A stretch of DNA of 27,999 nucleotides from positions 1 through 27,999 of the forward strand of contig CAYSRH010000001.1 in the NCBI GenBank assembly GCA_964433245.1. Direction: 5' to 3'. A program made the translations under genes and the position numbers. The notes under the pieces are model-generated. The model had not been told where the DNA came from. It did not search any database and saw nothing but the letters and a program-made list of their open reading frames with translations. Below are positions 15,796 through 25,900 of the stretch, one piece after another (positions within the stretch are counted from its first letter, which is position 1; every line of letters starts with the position of its first letter). The stretch is from an uncultured Bacteroidales bacterium (GTDB lineage Bacteria; Bacteroidota; Bacteroidia; Bacteroidales; JBBRXJ01).

Positions 15796-16956
15796 ATGCT
15801 CGATTTTTTTAAAACGTTCAGCATTATTGCCACCATTTATGCTTGTTTATTTTGGGCTGTTGCTATGTTCATTCCTGCAATAAAAAGATATGGGGCACGT
15901 CTGTTTGTGTTTTTTATTTTCCTTTTTTCTACTTTTGTTTTTATCATGATGTATGCCAAAATACATCAACATTTTGATTTTTATAGCAGTTATCTTCCCA
16001 TCCATGGGTTTTTCACCTTTTCTTTGTTTCCTCTTTTTTTTCTTTATGTATATACGCTAACAAAAAGCACCTCTTCATTCAACAAAAAACACCTTTGGCA
16101 TTTTCTGTTTCCTCTTATATATGCTGTTTTGGTATATTTTGTTTTACACGTGTGGATGGACAAACAAGAGCGATATTTTTTTGTTTCCGAAGCAGTCGGG
16201 GGGCATATATTGCCCGGATTGCGATTTCAGTTTGCCTTCTATACCTATCGTATCGGCAAGATGATTTATGTAATACTTAGCATTGTCTATGTCATCTATA
16301 TTTACAAGATATACAAACGTCACATGAAGCGTAGTGCCGAGTTGTTCTCCAACGAAGAATCCGCTAATATAAAATGGATTCGTACATTGGCGGTCCTTTT
16401 TGTTGTGCTGTTTATGGCACACCTTGCCATACAGATTCCCGGAGATGCTTTTGTTGCGGAGAATAAATTGCTCGTGGGGGGATCCTATTTATCGTTTGCT
16501 GTTTTTTATTTTACCCTGGGATATTACAGTTTTCAACAAAAACAATTGTATTTGCCTTTTTCGGAACAATATGACAAGGAACAAACAAGGACAAAAGTAC
16601 TGAAGAAACGAAATATTATTGAATATTTCAGTCTTAATAAGCCTTATCTGGATCCTGATTTTAGTTTGTATGATATGTGTGCATTTTTTGATACCAACCG
16701 GACGTATTTATCAAGTCTGATTAATCAACAGTTTGGAATGAATTTCCGTTCGCTTGTAAATACCTATCGACTTGAAGAAGCAAAGACCTTGTTGTTAAAA
16801 AGTCGCCTCGCCAGCCAACCTGTTTCATTAGAATACATCACCTACAAATCAGGATTTAACTCGTACGCTACTTTTGCACGGTTTTTTAAACAGTCGGAAG
16901 GAATTTCCCCATGCGATTACAGGGAAAAGATAGCAAATTCATCTCATAAGAGTTAA
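15796..16956 (+). CDS. Membrane-anchored AraC-family regulator, tandem paralog
   Basis: Same architecture and near-identical length; KPYLDPDFSL...NRTYLSSLINQQFGMNFRSLVNTYRLEEAK and SGFNSYATFARFFK. Confidence 0.9.
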   Translation: MLDFFKTFSIIATIYACLFWAVAMFIPAIKRYGARLFVFFIFLFSTFVFIMMYAKIHQHFDFYSSYLPIHGFFTFSLFPLFFLYVYTLTKSTSSFNKKHLWHFLFPLIYAVLVYFVLHVWMDKQERYFFVSEAVGGHILPGLRFQFAFYTYRIGKMIYVILSIVYVIYIYKIYKRHMKRSAELFSNEESANIKWIRTLAVLFVVLFMAHLAIQIPGDAFVAENKLLVGGSYLSFAVFYFTLGYYSFQQKQLYLPFSEQYDKEQTRTKVLKKRNIIEYFSLNKPYLDPDFSLYDMCAFFDTNRTYLSSLINQQFGMNFRSLVNTYRLEEAKTLLLKSRLASQPVSLEYITYKSGFNSYATFARFFKQSEGISPCDYREKIANSSHKS

Positions 16957-16973
16957 AGAATCAATTACATCTG

Positions 16974-17666
16974 TTATTGATATTCTGCTTCTCCTCCCAG
17001 TCTGGTTTTTAATGTTTGCATTTCGGGGGATCCCGTGATCACAGTATATCCTCCTGTAGAAACTTTTCCTGTGAGCTCTTTTGTTGTGTTTACTTTGGCA
17101 AGCCCGTTTCTGACAACAGAAAGTATGGTTTTTTCAGATGTGAGTTCCAGGGCATCATATACACCTCCACCTCTTGCCGTTACTTCCTGACTTCTGACCG
17201 ATCCTTTGATCATGATCAATGAACCGGCTACGACATCTGCTTCAATTTCGGATGCTTCAATTTCTATGTCCATATTTCCTCCATTAAGTGCTGAAAGTTT
17301 GATGATATCTGTTACAAGAGGTGTTTGTGTAAATATTTTTGCTCCATTGGCTGACCGGACTTCAAAGATCGGTTCGGCATAAATAAGGGATATCCTGATA
17401 GGAATATCTTTGGTAAAACTGACTTTTGTGCGAATGTAAAGGATTCCTTCTTTTACTTCAGCCTCAAAATCGTTGAGGTCAATCCCAGAATCAATGCTTC
17501 GTATTTCAACTTTGTTTGTTTCTCCCGGAATCATATCAACACTGATATTTCCATATACAGAGATGTAGTTGAAAGGATTGAGCTCTTTACCCGGAACGGA
17601 AGCCTGCAAAAGAAAAGGAATGCACAATAAAAGATAAAACAAGGTGTTTTTTTCGAGTATTTTCAT
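16974..17666 (-). CDS. DUF2807 (head GIN domain) putative secreted beta-helix protein
   Basis: Signal peptide, then PFNYISVYGNISVDMIPG, KVEI, LYI, and repeated A..GG/GA/GS beta-solenoid units ending ITGSP...GG. Confidence 0.8.
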   Translation of the reverse strand: MKILEKNTLFYLLLCIPFLLQASVPGKELNPFNYISVYGNISVDMIPGETNKVEIRSIDSGIDLNDFEAEVKEGILYIRTKVSFTKDIPIRISLIYAEPIFEVRSANGAKIFTQTPLVTDIIKLSALNGGNMDIEIEASEIEADVVAGSLIMIKGSVRSQEVTARGGGVYDALELTSEKTILSVVRNGLAKVNTTKELTGKVSTGGYTVITGSPEMQTLKTRLGGEAEYQ

Positions 17667-17984
17667 TTTTTTTGTTTTTAAGTGGTTGATTTTTTTGTGT
17701 CTATAAAATTATACTCTTTTGAACATAAACTTTATTGCAATTGCATAAACGTAAATATTTTTATTTTGTTATTAATTATGGTTCTACCCTTATTTTAATG
17801 GTTAAATATTTAAATTATATAAGACACTGTTAAAATATTGTTGTAAATATAAACAAAGACAAGCTTTCATTAAATTTTGCTTCGCAAGAGATAAATGTTC
17901 GTGGTAGAACCTTAATTATATTGATGGTAATTAAGTAAAAAAGGTTTTACTGTTTGACAAATAATTTTTTTCGGACGAAATCGT

Positions 17985-17992
17985 TAACTTTG
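17985..17992 (+). promoter_or_regulatory. Bacteroidota -7 promoter element for the S41 protease
   Basis: TAACTTTG, an exact TAnnTTTG match, 26 nt upstream of the ATG at 18019. Confidence 0.6.
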
Positions 17993-18018
17993 AACATTCA
18001 TTAATTTAAAAACGGATT

Positions 18019-19620
18019 ATGCATTATAAAAAGAAATTTTGTTTTTATGTACTCTTTCTTCTGTCCGGAATCGTATCAGCCCAACAGATGTTTTTTGATC
18101 AGAACACGATAAAAATGGCTCGTGTGATTTATAGCATCAATAGCCTTTATGTTGATTCGACCAATATAGATAAATTGGTGGAAGCAGGAATTGTTAAAAT
18201 GCTGAAGGAACTGGACCCCCACTCAACTTATGTTGATAAGGAAGAAGTGAAAGAGATGACAGAATCTCTTGAAGGAAATTTTGAAGGGATTGGGGTAACT
18301 TTTAATGTGTTGCAGGACACAATATATATTATTTCGCCTATTTCCGGAGGACCTTCAGAAAAAGTAGGGATCATGGCGGGAGACAGAATCATTGAAATTG
18401 AAGGGGAGAATGTAGCGGGTGTCGGAATTACCGGGAAAGGAGTGCGGGATAGATTGTTGGGGGAAAAAGACACAAAGGTGGAAGTCGGAATTAAACGTAA
18501 GGGAATAAAAGAATTAATTTATTTTACAATTACCAGAGATAAGATACCGATATACAGCAGGGATGCCTATTATATAACACATGATAGCATAGGGTATATA
18601 AAATTAAACCGTTTTTCTAAAAATACCATTGATGAATTCCTTGAAGCAATAGATGAGTTGCAGGATTTGGGGATGAAGCATTTGATTCTTGATCTTAGCG
18701 GGAATGGTGGCGGGTATCTTGAAATAGCATTTATGCTGGCGGATCAGTTTCTGAGAAGTAAACAATTGATCGTATATACGGAAGGGCTTAACAGTCCCCG
18801 GCAGGATTTGTATGCGACCGGAAAAGGGGTGTTCAAAAAAAATAAAGTTGTTGTTATGATTGATGAAGGTTCTGCTTCTGCGAGTGAAATTGTGGCAGGC
18901 GCTGTTCAGGATTGGGATAGAGGCGTTATTGTTGGCAGAAGGTCTTTTGGTAAAGGACTGGTACAAAGACCTGTCGAGCTTCCGGACAGTTCCCTGATAA
19001 GGCTTACTGTAGCAAGATACCATACTCCCACCGGAAGAAGCATACAGAAACCTTACGAGGAAGGTATTGAAGCTTATAGTAAAGATATCATCAATCGGTA
19101 TAATTCAGGAGAACTTACTTCGCGGGATAGTGCACATTTTCCGATTGATGAAAAATATGAAACCCTGATGAATAAGCGGACAGTTTATGGTGGTGGAGGT
19201 ATTATGCCGGATTACTTTGTTCCGCTGGATACGACAAAAGCAACAGTTTTTTATCGAAATGTTGTTTCTAAAGGTCTCCTAAACAGGTTTACACTGAATT
19301 ATGTTGACAGAAACAGGAAAGCATTACAAAAAAAATATCCGGACTTCGATATGTATGATGAAAAGTTTCAGATTGATGATACTATGTTTGAGGAATTTTT
19401 AAAACTTGCAGAAGAAGAAGATGTTGATGTTACAGATCTGGAAGATATCGATGAGTCAAAGGAATATATTGTAATGGTGTTTAAAGCATTTATAGCGAGA
19501 GATCTTTTTGATAACAATGCTTTTTACCGGGTGTTTAATCGTGACAATGATATTTATTTGAAAGCTGTTGAGATATTGACAACTCACAACCTGTATGAGA
19601 ACAAGCTCCTAAGACAATAA
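18019..19620 (+). CDS. S41 family carboxyl-terminal processing protease (CtpA/Prc-like)
   Basis: Signal peptide ending SA-Q, LDPHS, PDZ entry FEGIGV, DLSGNGGG, catalytic Ser in GSASASEI, catalytic Lys in SFGKG, and GGGIMPD. Confidence 0.95.
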   Translation: MHYKKKFCFYVLFLLSGIVSAQQMFFDQNTIKMARVIYSINSLYVDSTNIDKLVEAGIVKMLKELDPHSTYVDKEEVKEMTESLEGNFEGIGVTFNVLQDTIYIISPISGGPSEKVGIMAGDRIIEIEGENVAGVGITGKGVRDRLLGEKDTKVEVGIKRKGIKELIYFTITRDKIPIYSRDAYYITHDSIGYIKLNRFSKNTIDEFLEAIDELQDLGMKHLILDLSGNGGGYLEIAFMLADQFLRSKQLIVYTEGLNSPRQDLYATGKGVFKKNKVVVMIDEGSASASEIVAGAVQDWDRGVIVGRRSFGKGLVQRPVELPDSSLIRLTVARYHTPTGRSIQKPYEEGIEAYSKDIINRYNSGELTSRDSAHFPIDEKYETLMNKRTVYGGGGIMPDYFVPLDTTKATVFYRNVVSKGLLNRFTLNYVDRNRKALQKKYPDFDMYDEKFQIDDTMFEEFLKLAEEEDVDVTDLEDIDESKEYIVMVFKAFIARDLFDNNAFYRVFNRDNDIYLKAVEILTTHNLYENKLLRQ

Positions 19621-19636
19621 AAAAATACCGGATTTG

Positions 19637-20848
19637 ATGCAAAGGAAATGGCTCCCTCTTTTAATTACCAACTATCTTGGGGTCTTTAATGATAATTTTT
19701 TAAAGATCATTATTTGCTTGGTGTCAGTACTTTGGTTATCTGATCAGAAAAATTCCGGACTTTTAATCTCGGGTGCTTCCGGACTATTTGTTTTGCCTTA
19801 TTTGCTTCTTTCTCCTTTGGCAGGGAGGTACGCAAAGTTGTATGCCAAAGTACGGATACTCAGGCTGGCAAAACTTGCTGAAATTCCTATCATGTTAATC
19901 GCTTCGATTGGATTTTTAACAGAATCGCTTTTTCTTGTGTTGTTGTCTCTTACTTTCATGGGGATTCAAAGTGCACTTTATTCCCCATCAAAATATAGCC
20001 TGATAAGGGATACCGGAGGTGAGAAGGAGGTTCCCTTTGGTACGGGAAGTATGGAAATGACCACTTTTTTCGGGGTTCTTACCGGTACAATTGCTGCATC
20101 TCTTCTTTCAGAAAAAAATAATGCATGGGTATTTCTTTTGGTTTTTATGGGATTTGCTTTTTCCGGATATTTGGGAAGCCGCTATATAAAAGCCGGAGAG
20201 CCAAAACCAAAAAAACATGATGAGACAACAGTCAACCCCTTGCTTTATCTTATTCGGGCATTTAAAGAGGCCAGGCAAATAAAAGGTTTAAATACCGTTA
20301 TTTTTTCTCTTGGTTTTTTTTGGTTGATTGCGCTTATGTTACAGATGAATATTCTTGAACATTGTCCTGTCCATTTTGGCATGAATCCCACGGAAACAGG
20401 ATTGGTGATGGCAATGGCAGCCGTTGGAATAGCCATAGGAAGCTATCTTGCCGGGGTAATCTCCGGAGAACAAATAAACATGAAGTTATCAGAAATAGGC
20501 TTGATGGGAGTCATTGTTTCTATTACCACCTTGTTGTTTATTTCTCTTTCACCGCTTGGCTTTACAATCCTGATCTTTTTCACAGCTTTTTTCAGTGGGT
20601 TGTTCAAAATACCGCTCAACGCATGGATACAGGTACAGGTAAAAGGAAGAGAACTTGGGGGCATGATCGCTTACCAAAATATGGTGGAATTTCTTTTTCT
20701 TCTTGTGGCTTCAGTTCTTTTTGGAATTCTTATTCATTTTTTTGATACGACTGTTATTTTTGGTGCTGTTTGTGTAATAGCCCTTGCTGCTTTTTTTCTC
20801 CTGAAGAAAAAAAAGCAGGTCATGGCAAAAAAACAATTTTGTAATTAA
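19637..20848 (+). CDS. MFS transporter, LplT/Aas-N-like (putative lysophospholipid flippase)
   Basis: The track starts at a TTG at 19634; an ATG follows at 19637. YLGVFNDNFLK, AGRYA, LAKLAEIPIM, QSALYSPSKYSLI and IPLNAWIQ match the LplT/Aas MFS domain. Confidence 0.8.
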   Translation: MQRKWLPLLITNYLGVFNDNFLKIIICLVSVLWLSDQKNSGLLISGASGLFVLPYLLLSPLAGRYAKLYAKVRILRLAKLAEIPIMLIASIGFLTESLFLVLLSLTFMGIQSALYSPSKYSLIRDTGGEKEVPFGTGSMEMTTFFGVLTGTIAASLLSEKNNAWVFLLVFMGFAFSGYLGSRYIKAGEPKPKKHDETTVNPLLYLIRAFKEARQIKGLNTVIFSLGFFWLIALMLQMNILEHCPVHFGMNPTETGLVMAMAAVGIAIGSYLAGVISGEQINMKLSEIGLMGVIVSITTLLFISLSPLGFTILIFFTAFFSGLFKIPLNAWIQVQVKGRELGGMIAYQNMVEFLFLLVASVLFGILIHFFDTTVIFGAVCVIALAAFFLLKKKKQVMAKKQFCN

Positions 20849-20945
20849 AAACAACTTTTGTTTTTTCGGGTACCATAATGTTATTTTTTTCGTTACATTT
20901 TAGAATATATATTGATAAACTTGATTGTAGGTAATCTATACAGAA

Positions 20946-22385
20946 ATGTTAAAACAACAACTCAAACAAAAACAACTTCAAAAGCTGACACCCCAACAGA
21001 TTCAGGTGATCAAACTTTTGGAAATTCCAACCTTTCAACTTGAGGAAAAGATCAAGCAGGAACTGGAAGAAAATCCTATATTGGAAGAAGGGAGAACGGA
21101 AGACGACACTGAAATTGAAAAAGAGGAAGAAGATAATAATGATAATGGGGAAGAATTTAGCCTTGAAGATTATATGCAGGATGATGAAATACCTCAATAT
21201 AAAACACGTTCTAATAATTATTCCGAACATGATAAAGGAGAAGGGATTCCTTTTTCTGTGGATTTGACTTTCCATGAATTTTTGAAAGAACAAGTATGTT
21301 TACTGCCTCTTCGGGAACATTCCAAACGCTTGATTTCTTACCTGATTGGAAATATTGATCATGATGGCTATTTAAGAAGAAACCTGCAGGCGATAGCTGA
21401 CGATTTGGCGTTCAATGAAGGAATTGAAGCTTCTGCAGAAGAAATAGCAGATGTCTTGACCACATTACAGGAATTAGATCCTCCGGGGGTTGGTGCCCGG
21501 AATTTGCAGGAATGTTTGCTTCTTCAAATACAAAGAAAAGACAGATCTGAAAAAGATGTTGATCTTGCTTGTGATATCTTGGAAAATTATTTTGATGAAT
21601 TTACAAAAAAACATTATGATAAAATATTGGATCGTACCGGTGTTACCGAAAAAAGGTTGTCTGGTGCTTTGAATGAAATACTAAAACTTAATCCGAAACC
21701 CGGTACTTCATTTGGTGATAGTGCAAGAAATGAAAACCATGAAAATATCATTCCTGACTTTATTCTGAATAACCAGGATGAGATTATGACACTTTCACTT
21801 AATGCAAAAAACATTCCTGACCTGCAGATAAATCGTTCTTATGCAGAAATATTACATAAGCGAGGAAAAAAAATTTCATCAAAAGAGAAAGAAACAATGA
21901 TGTTTGTAAAGCAGAAGATGAATTCAGCCCAATGGTTTATCGAAGCCATCAGGCAGCGTCAGAAAACGATGATGGATACCATGAATGCCATATTGGATTT
22001 TCAGCATGATTATTTCGTGGAAGGAGATGAGGCTTTGTTAAAACCAATGATACTTAAAGACATAGCAAACATAACAGGATATGATATATCAACTATCTCA
22101 CGTGTTGTAAGTAGTAAATATATTCAAACGCATTTTGGTACGTTTAGTCTTAAATATTTTTTTTCCGAAGGACTCCAAAAAGAAGATGGGGAAGAAGCTT
22201 CTTCGAGAGAAATTAAGTATATTCTCAAAGAGAGTATTGAAAAAGAAAATAAAAAACGCCCACTAACAGATGAAAAACTGACGTCTATATTAAGAGAAAA
22301 AGGCTATGCCATAGCAAGACGGACTGTAGCAAAATATAGGGAACAAATGCAAATTCCGGTGGCAAGGTTGAGAAAAGGATTATAA
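20946..22385 (+). CDS. rpoN: RNA polymerase sigma-54 factor
   Basis: Gln/Leu-rich region I (LKQQLKQKQLQKLTPQQIQ), LDPPGVGARNLQECL, DISTISR HTH and the RpoN box IARRTVAKYRE. Confidence 0.97.
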   Translation: MLKQQLKQKQLQKLTPQQIQVIKLLEIPTFQLEEKIKQELEENPILEEGRTEDDTEIEKEEEDNNDNGEEFSLEDYMQDDEIPQYKTRSNNYSEHDKGEGIPFSVDLTFHEFLKEQVCLLPLREHSKRLISYLIGNIDHDGYLRRNLQAIADDLAFNEGIEASAEEIADVLTTLQELDPPGVGARNLQECLLLQIQRKDRSEKDVDLACDILENYFDEFTKKHYDKILDRTGVTEKRLSGALNEILKLNPKPGTSFGDSARNENHENIIPDFILNNQDEIMTLSLNAKNIPDLQINRSYAEILHKRGKKISSKEKETMMFVKQKMNSAQWFIEAIRQRQKTMMDTMNAILDFQHDYFVEGDEALLKPMILKDIANITGYDISTISRVVSSKYIQTHFGTFSLKYFFSEGLQKEDGEEASSREIKYILKESIEKENKKRPLTDEKLTSILREKGYAIARRTVAKYREQMQIPVARLRKGL

Positions 22386-22388
22386 AGG

Positions 22389-22769
22389 TTAATTTTTTGA
22401 AGAGACAAGCTCCGGTAAATCTTTCCTGGCAACTAACATGTATTTATTGTCTCCCATGGGAAAATATCCCAGATCATAACAAAATTTGACTGTTTTGCCG
22501 TTTTCATTGTAAAGGGTGTTCGTGAAATAGTCAAACCGAAATCCTTTATATGCAAATTCATCATGATGAAAAATTGTTTTTTTTTCCTCTGTTTTCAGTG
22601 TATATAGAATTCGCCGGTTTTTCCTTAAAGTATTATTAATATTTCTGATGTAATTTGTTTCGTCTCTGTTTAAGAAATTGTTGTAAAGGGTTCTGCAATA
22701 ATCACAACAAAACTTCTTGTCAGATCGCCCGGTAAAAGGATCACCACAATGCAAGCACTGCTTTTTCAT
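22389..22769 (-). CDS. Conserved Bacteroidota hypothetical protein with an N-terminal Zn-ribbon (DUF2116-like)
   Basis: CLHCG...GRSDKKFCCDYCRT.YNN, INNTLRKNRRIL and GFRFDYFT...FCYDLGY. Confidence 0.75.
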   Translation of the reverse strand: MKKQCLHCGDPFTGRSDKKFCCDYCRTLYNNFLNRDETNYIRNINNTLRKNRRILYTLKTEEKKTIFHHDEFAYKGFRFDYFTNTLYNENGKTVKFCYDLGYFPMGDNKYMLVARKDLPELVSSKN

Positions 22770-22804
22770 AATAATTTTAGTATGTCAGGTTAATAAAGGA
22801 TATA

Positions 22805-22835
22805 CAAAAATAGTGAACAGGAAGAAACTACCAAG
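22805..22835 (-). promoter_or_regulatory. Bacteroidota promoter for the Zn-ribbon gene
   Basis: Minus-strand TATTTTTG at 22805-22812 (-7) and CTTG at 22832-22835 (one mismatch to the -33 TTTG), with a 19-nt spacer. Confidence 0.55.
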
Positions 22836-22911
22836 AAAAAAATAATTTATTTTTAATTGTGGGGAGATGCACATTGTAAATAGTGGGTCTTAAAAGTAAT
22901 GAAACAAAACC

Positions 22912-25900
22912 TTACCTGATAAGCGTAATTGTTCCTGTTACAGGATTATCAAACCCTTCAACATGTAGAAAATAAAAATAGCTTCCATCAGGAAGAGGTT
23001 TTCCTCCCTTTGATCTGCCATTCCAGTCATTTGCATAGGCATTGCTGAAATAAACCAACCTTCCGTGCCTGTCAAACACTTCTAAGTGTGCCGGAGGATA
23101 ATGTTCCAGGTCTTTGAAAATCCAATGATCATTATACCCATCATTGTTCGGACTAAAAGCATTGAAAATTTTTAAACAATGGTCTTTTTTTGTATGTATT
23201 GAAAAGGAGAGCGGATAGGAACATTCCATACTGTCAATAAGTGTCAATTTATATTTTTTTGCCAACAGGTCATCAATATAAAGGGTACTGTCAAATATAT
23301 GGGTATAGTAATCCACTTCAAGAGCGTAAGGGGCGGTTCCTCCTTTCGCCCGCAAAGATAATTTTCCGTTTGGTTTTTGTGCACAAGACGATTTTGCTGT
23401 TTCCAATTCTATGGTAATTGGTTCGGGACAAGGAACTTCAACAATAGTATCTTTGGCACAAAGATTCTTATCATAAACAGTAACAGCATAGAATCCCCGG
23501 GAAAGATTATAGATTGCTGAATCTTCGCTATGTCCATAGCCATCCCAATGATATGTATAGCCGGGAACACCGCCTGAAGCAGATGCCCATACCATTCCAT
23601 CATTGGTTTCATAACAATATGTTGAAATACCTTCGGCTTTTATCTTTAGCTTTTCCGGTTCATTAAGGCTTACGGAGCCGCTTGCTGTACAACCCCGGTC
23701 ATCGCGTACAAGAAGCTCATAAACACCGGCTTTCATGTTTTCACGTAAAGGGTGGTGCATCAATGTATCATTCCAGATAAAATCAACAGAATCAGATGCG
23801 TCTGTCAGATCAACAAAAACACTTCCGCTGGCAGAATCTTTACAGGAAACATCATACCCGTTAAAATCAGATACAACATTAATTTTCAGATCGATAGGCA
23901 GAGGTTTGCCAATAAGGGCACTATCGCTTATAGAACAGTTGTTATTGTCTGTAACAGTAACAAAATAAGTGCCGATTGTTAATTGCGTGTTTTTTGCATT
24001 ACTTGTGTTGTCACACCAAAGATAATTATAGCCACCTGACCCGCCTGATGCTTCGGCCAACGCACTGCCTGCAGAATCATCCACACAAGAGATATTATGA
24101 GATTGTATTGTGATTTTTAAGGAATCAGGTTCATTCAGTGATATTTCTAAGATATTTGAACAATTGGCAGTGTCCGTTACCGAAAGGGAGTATAAACCTG
24201 CTTTCAGTGAATAAATATCTTCTTCATATGCTTCAAATCCATCAGGTCCTGTCCATTGATAATCGAATAAATATGAAGGTCCCGAACCGTAAATATCAGG
24301 GGTAATGTATCCGTCATTATCTCCATGACAACTTATTGCAAAGCCGTTGTAATCTGATGTTGTCGGTCCCCATTGTATAGGATCAGGGGCATTGACAGCA
24401 ATGCCTGAGAGTTGAAAAGAACAATTATTCTCATCTGTAATGGTTACAGAGTAACTGCCTTTGATCAAGTTGTCAATATCTTTTCTTTCAGCATAAAAAC
24501 CACTGGGACCATTCCATACGTAAAAATATTCCGGTGTTCCTCCACCGGGGTGCAGTTCAATTTGTCCGTCTGAACCACCGCTGCAGTCAATTTCCGTGAT
24601 ACTCGTGTTTGCTGTGAGTGCAGAGGGTTGTGCTAAGATTATTGTGTCAGACACAGTACACCCAAAAAAATCTGTGATACTTACAGTATAAGTCCCTGCT
24701 TGTAAGCCATGGATAATATTCCCGCTTTGTCCGTCAGACCAAACAAATTCTGTGTTTCCATCATCAAAATGAGGATATCCATAAGCACCTCCATTTACAA
24801 AGGCTTCAGAAGAACCTGTAAAGGCATTGTGACAGGTAATATTCCATCCTCCATTATAAACAGAAGGCGTTATATCACTTTGTAAAGCCGCCGTTACTTC
24901 TATATGGACAATTTTATCAAATTGTGTTCCATAAGAGCAGTTACCTGCACCTGAAACAGGTTCAATATAAGGGTGATATCTGTATTGAATCCATTGGATG
25001 TTTTCTGATTTGTTGTGTAAAAACTGTGTTGATGAAGACAATTCGTTAAGTGCATTCTCAGCATAATAACCGGATAAAAGAGAGGTGTCTGTGGATACTG
25101 TATCAACAGATAGGTCATACATAAGCGTTCCTGTTGTTTGTGAAAGTTCTGTCAGCGACAGAAGAAGCGATTCTTTATGGCAGAGGGTGTCTCTCGAAAC
25201 AATGGCATCTATCTCAGGATAAGGATCCACAGTAACAGAAATACTGTCAGTTTCCCCTTCGCAAACAGAACCGTTAGAGAGAATGCTATAACTTGTTATA
25301 ATATATTGAAGATTTTGTGGTGTATCCCGGTGATTGATCAATTGTTGGCTTGTTGTATCAGAAAGACCAAGAGATGAGACTTGTTCATGTCCTGATATAA
25401 TGGTGGGGTCAGTATTGTTTACCGTAACATCATAGCGAAACTCGTTCGAATAATTTGATGAGGTTTGGACAAACAATCTGATCTGGTCTTCATTGCACAA
25501 AGTATCAAAGGACAAAAGAGGAGTAACCTTTACTTCCGGGTCGATCCAAATGGTTGCTGTATCTGTGTAGCCGTCATATATATTTTCATTATTAGATGCC
25601 TGGCAATATCCTGTTATTAGATATTTCACTTTTTTAACGCTGTCCGAGTGGTTGCTTATCATGTCTGTGATAATGGTGTTGGAAGCTAACTCTGAGGTGT
25701 CAGATTGGATGACAGATAATCCGTTATCCGGCAGGATAGAATAACGAAAAAGGGCTTCCTGTGTAAGTGCGGTACTGGTTGAGATTTCTAAACCGGTAGT
25801 CCCTTCACTGCAGATGGTATCAGTAAGGGGAGAAATAACCGGCTGGATGGAAGGCTCAACCCATACCCGAATGGTATCTGATATTGCAGAATAGCAGGTA

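Noticed and set aside
17736-17745. Palindrome TGCAATTGCA in the DUF2807/S41 divergent region
   Set aside because: A single 10-bp palindrome with no second copy noticed and no assignable regulator; compatible with chance.
20362-20745. 127-aa alternative-frame ORF inside the MFS gene
   Set aside because: An out-of-frame overlap with no recognisable domain; the host gene is intact.
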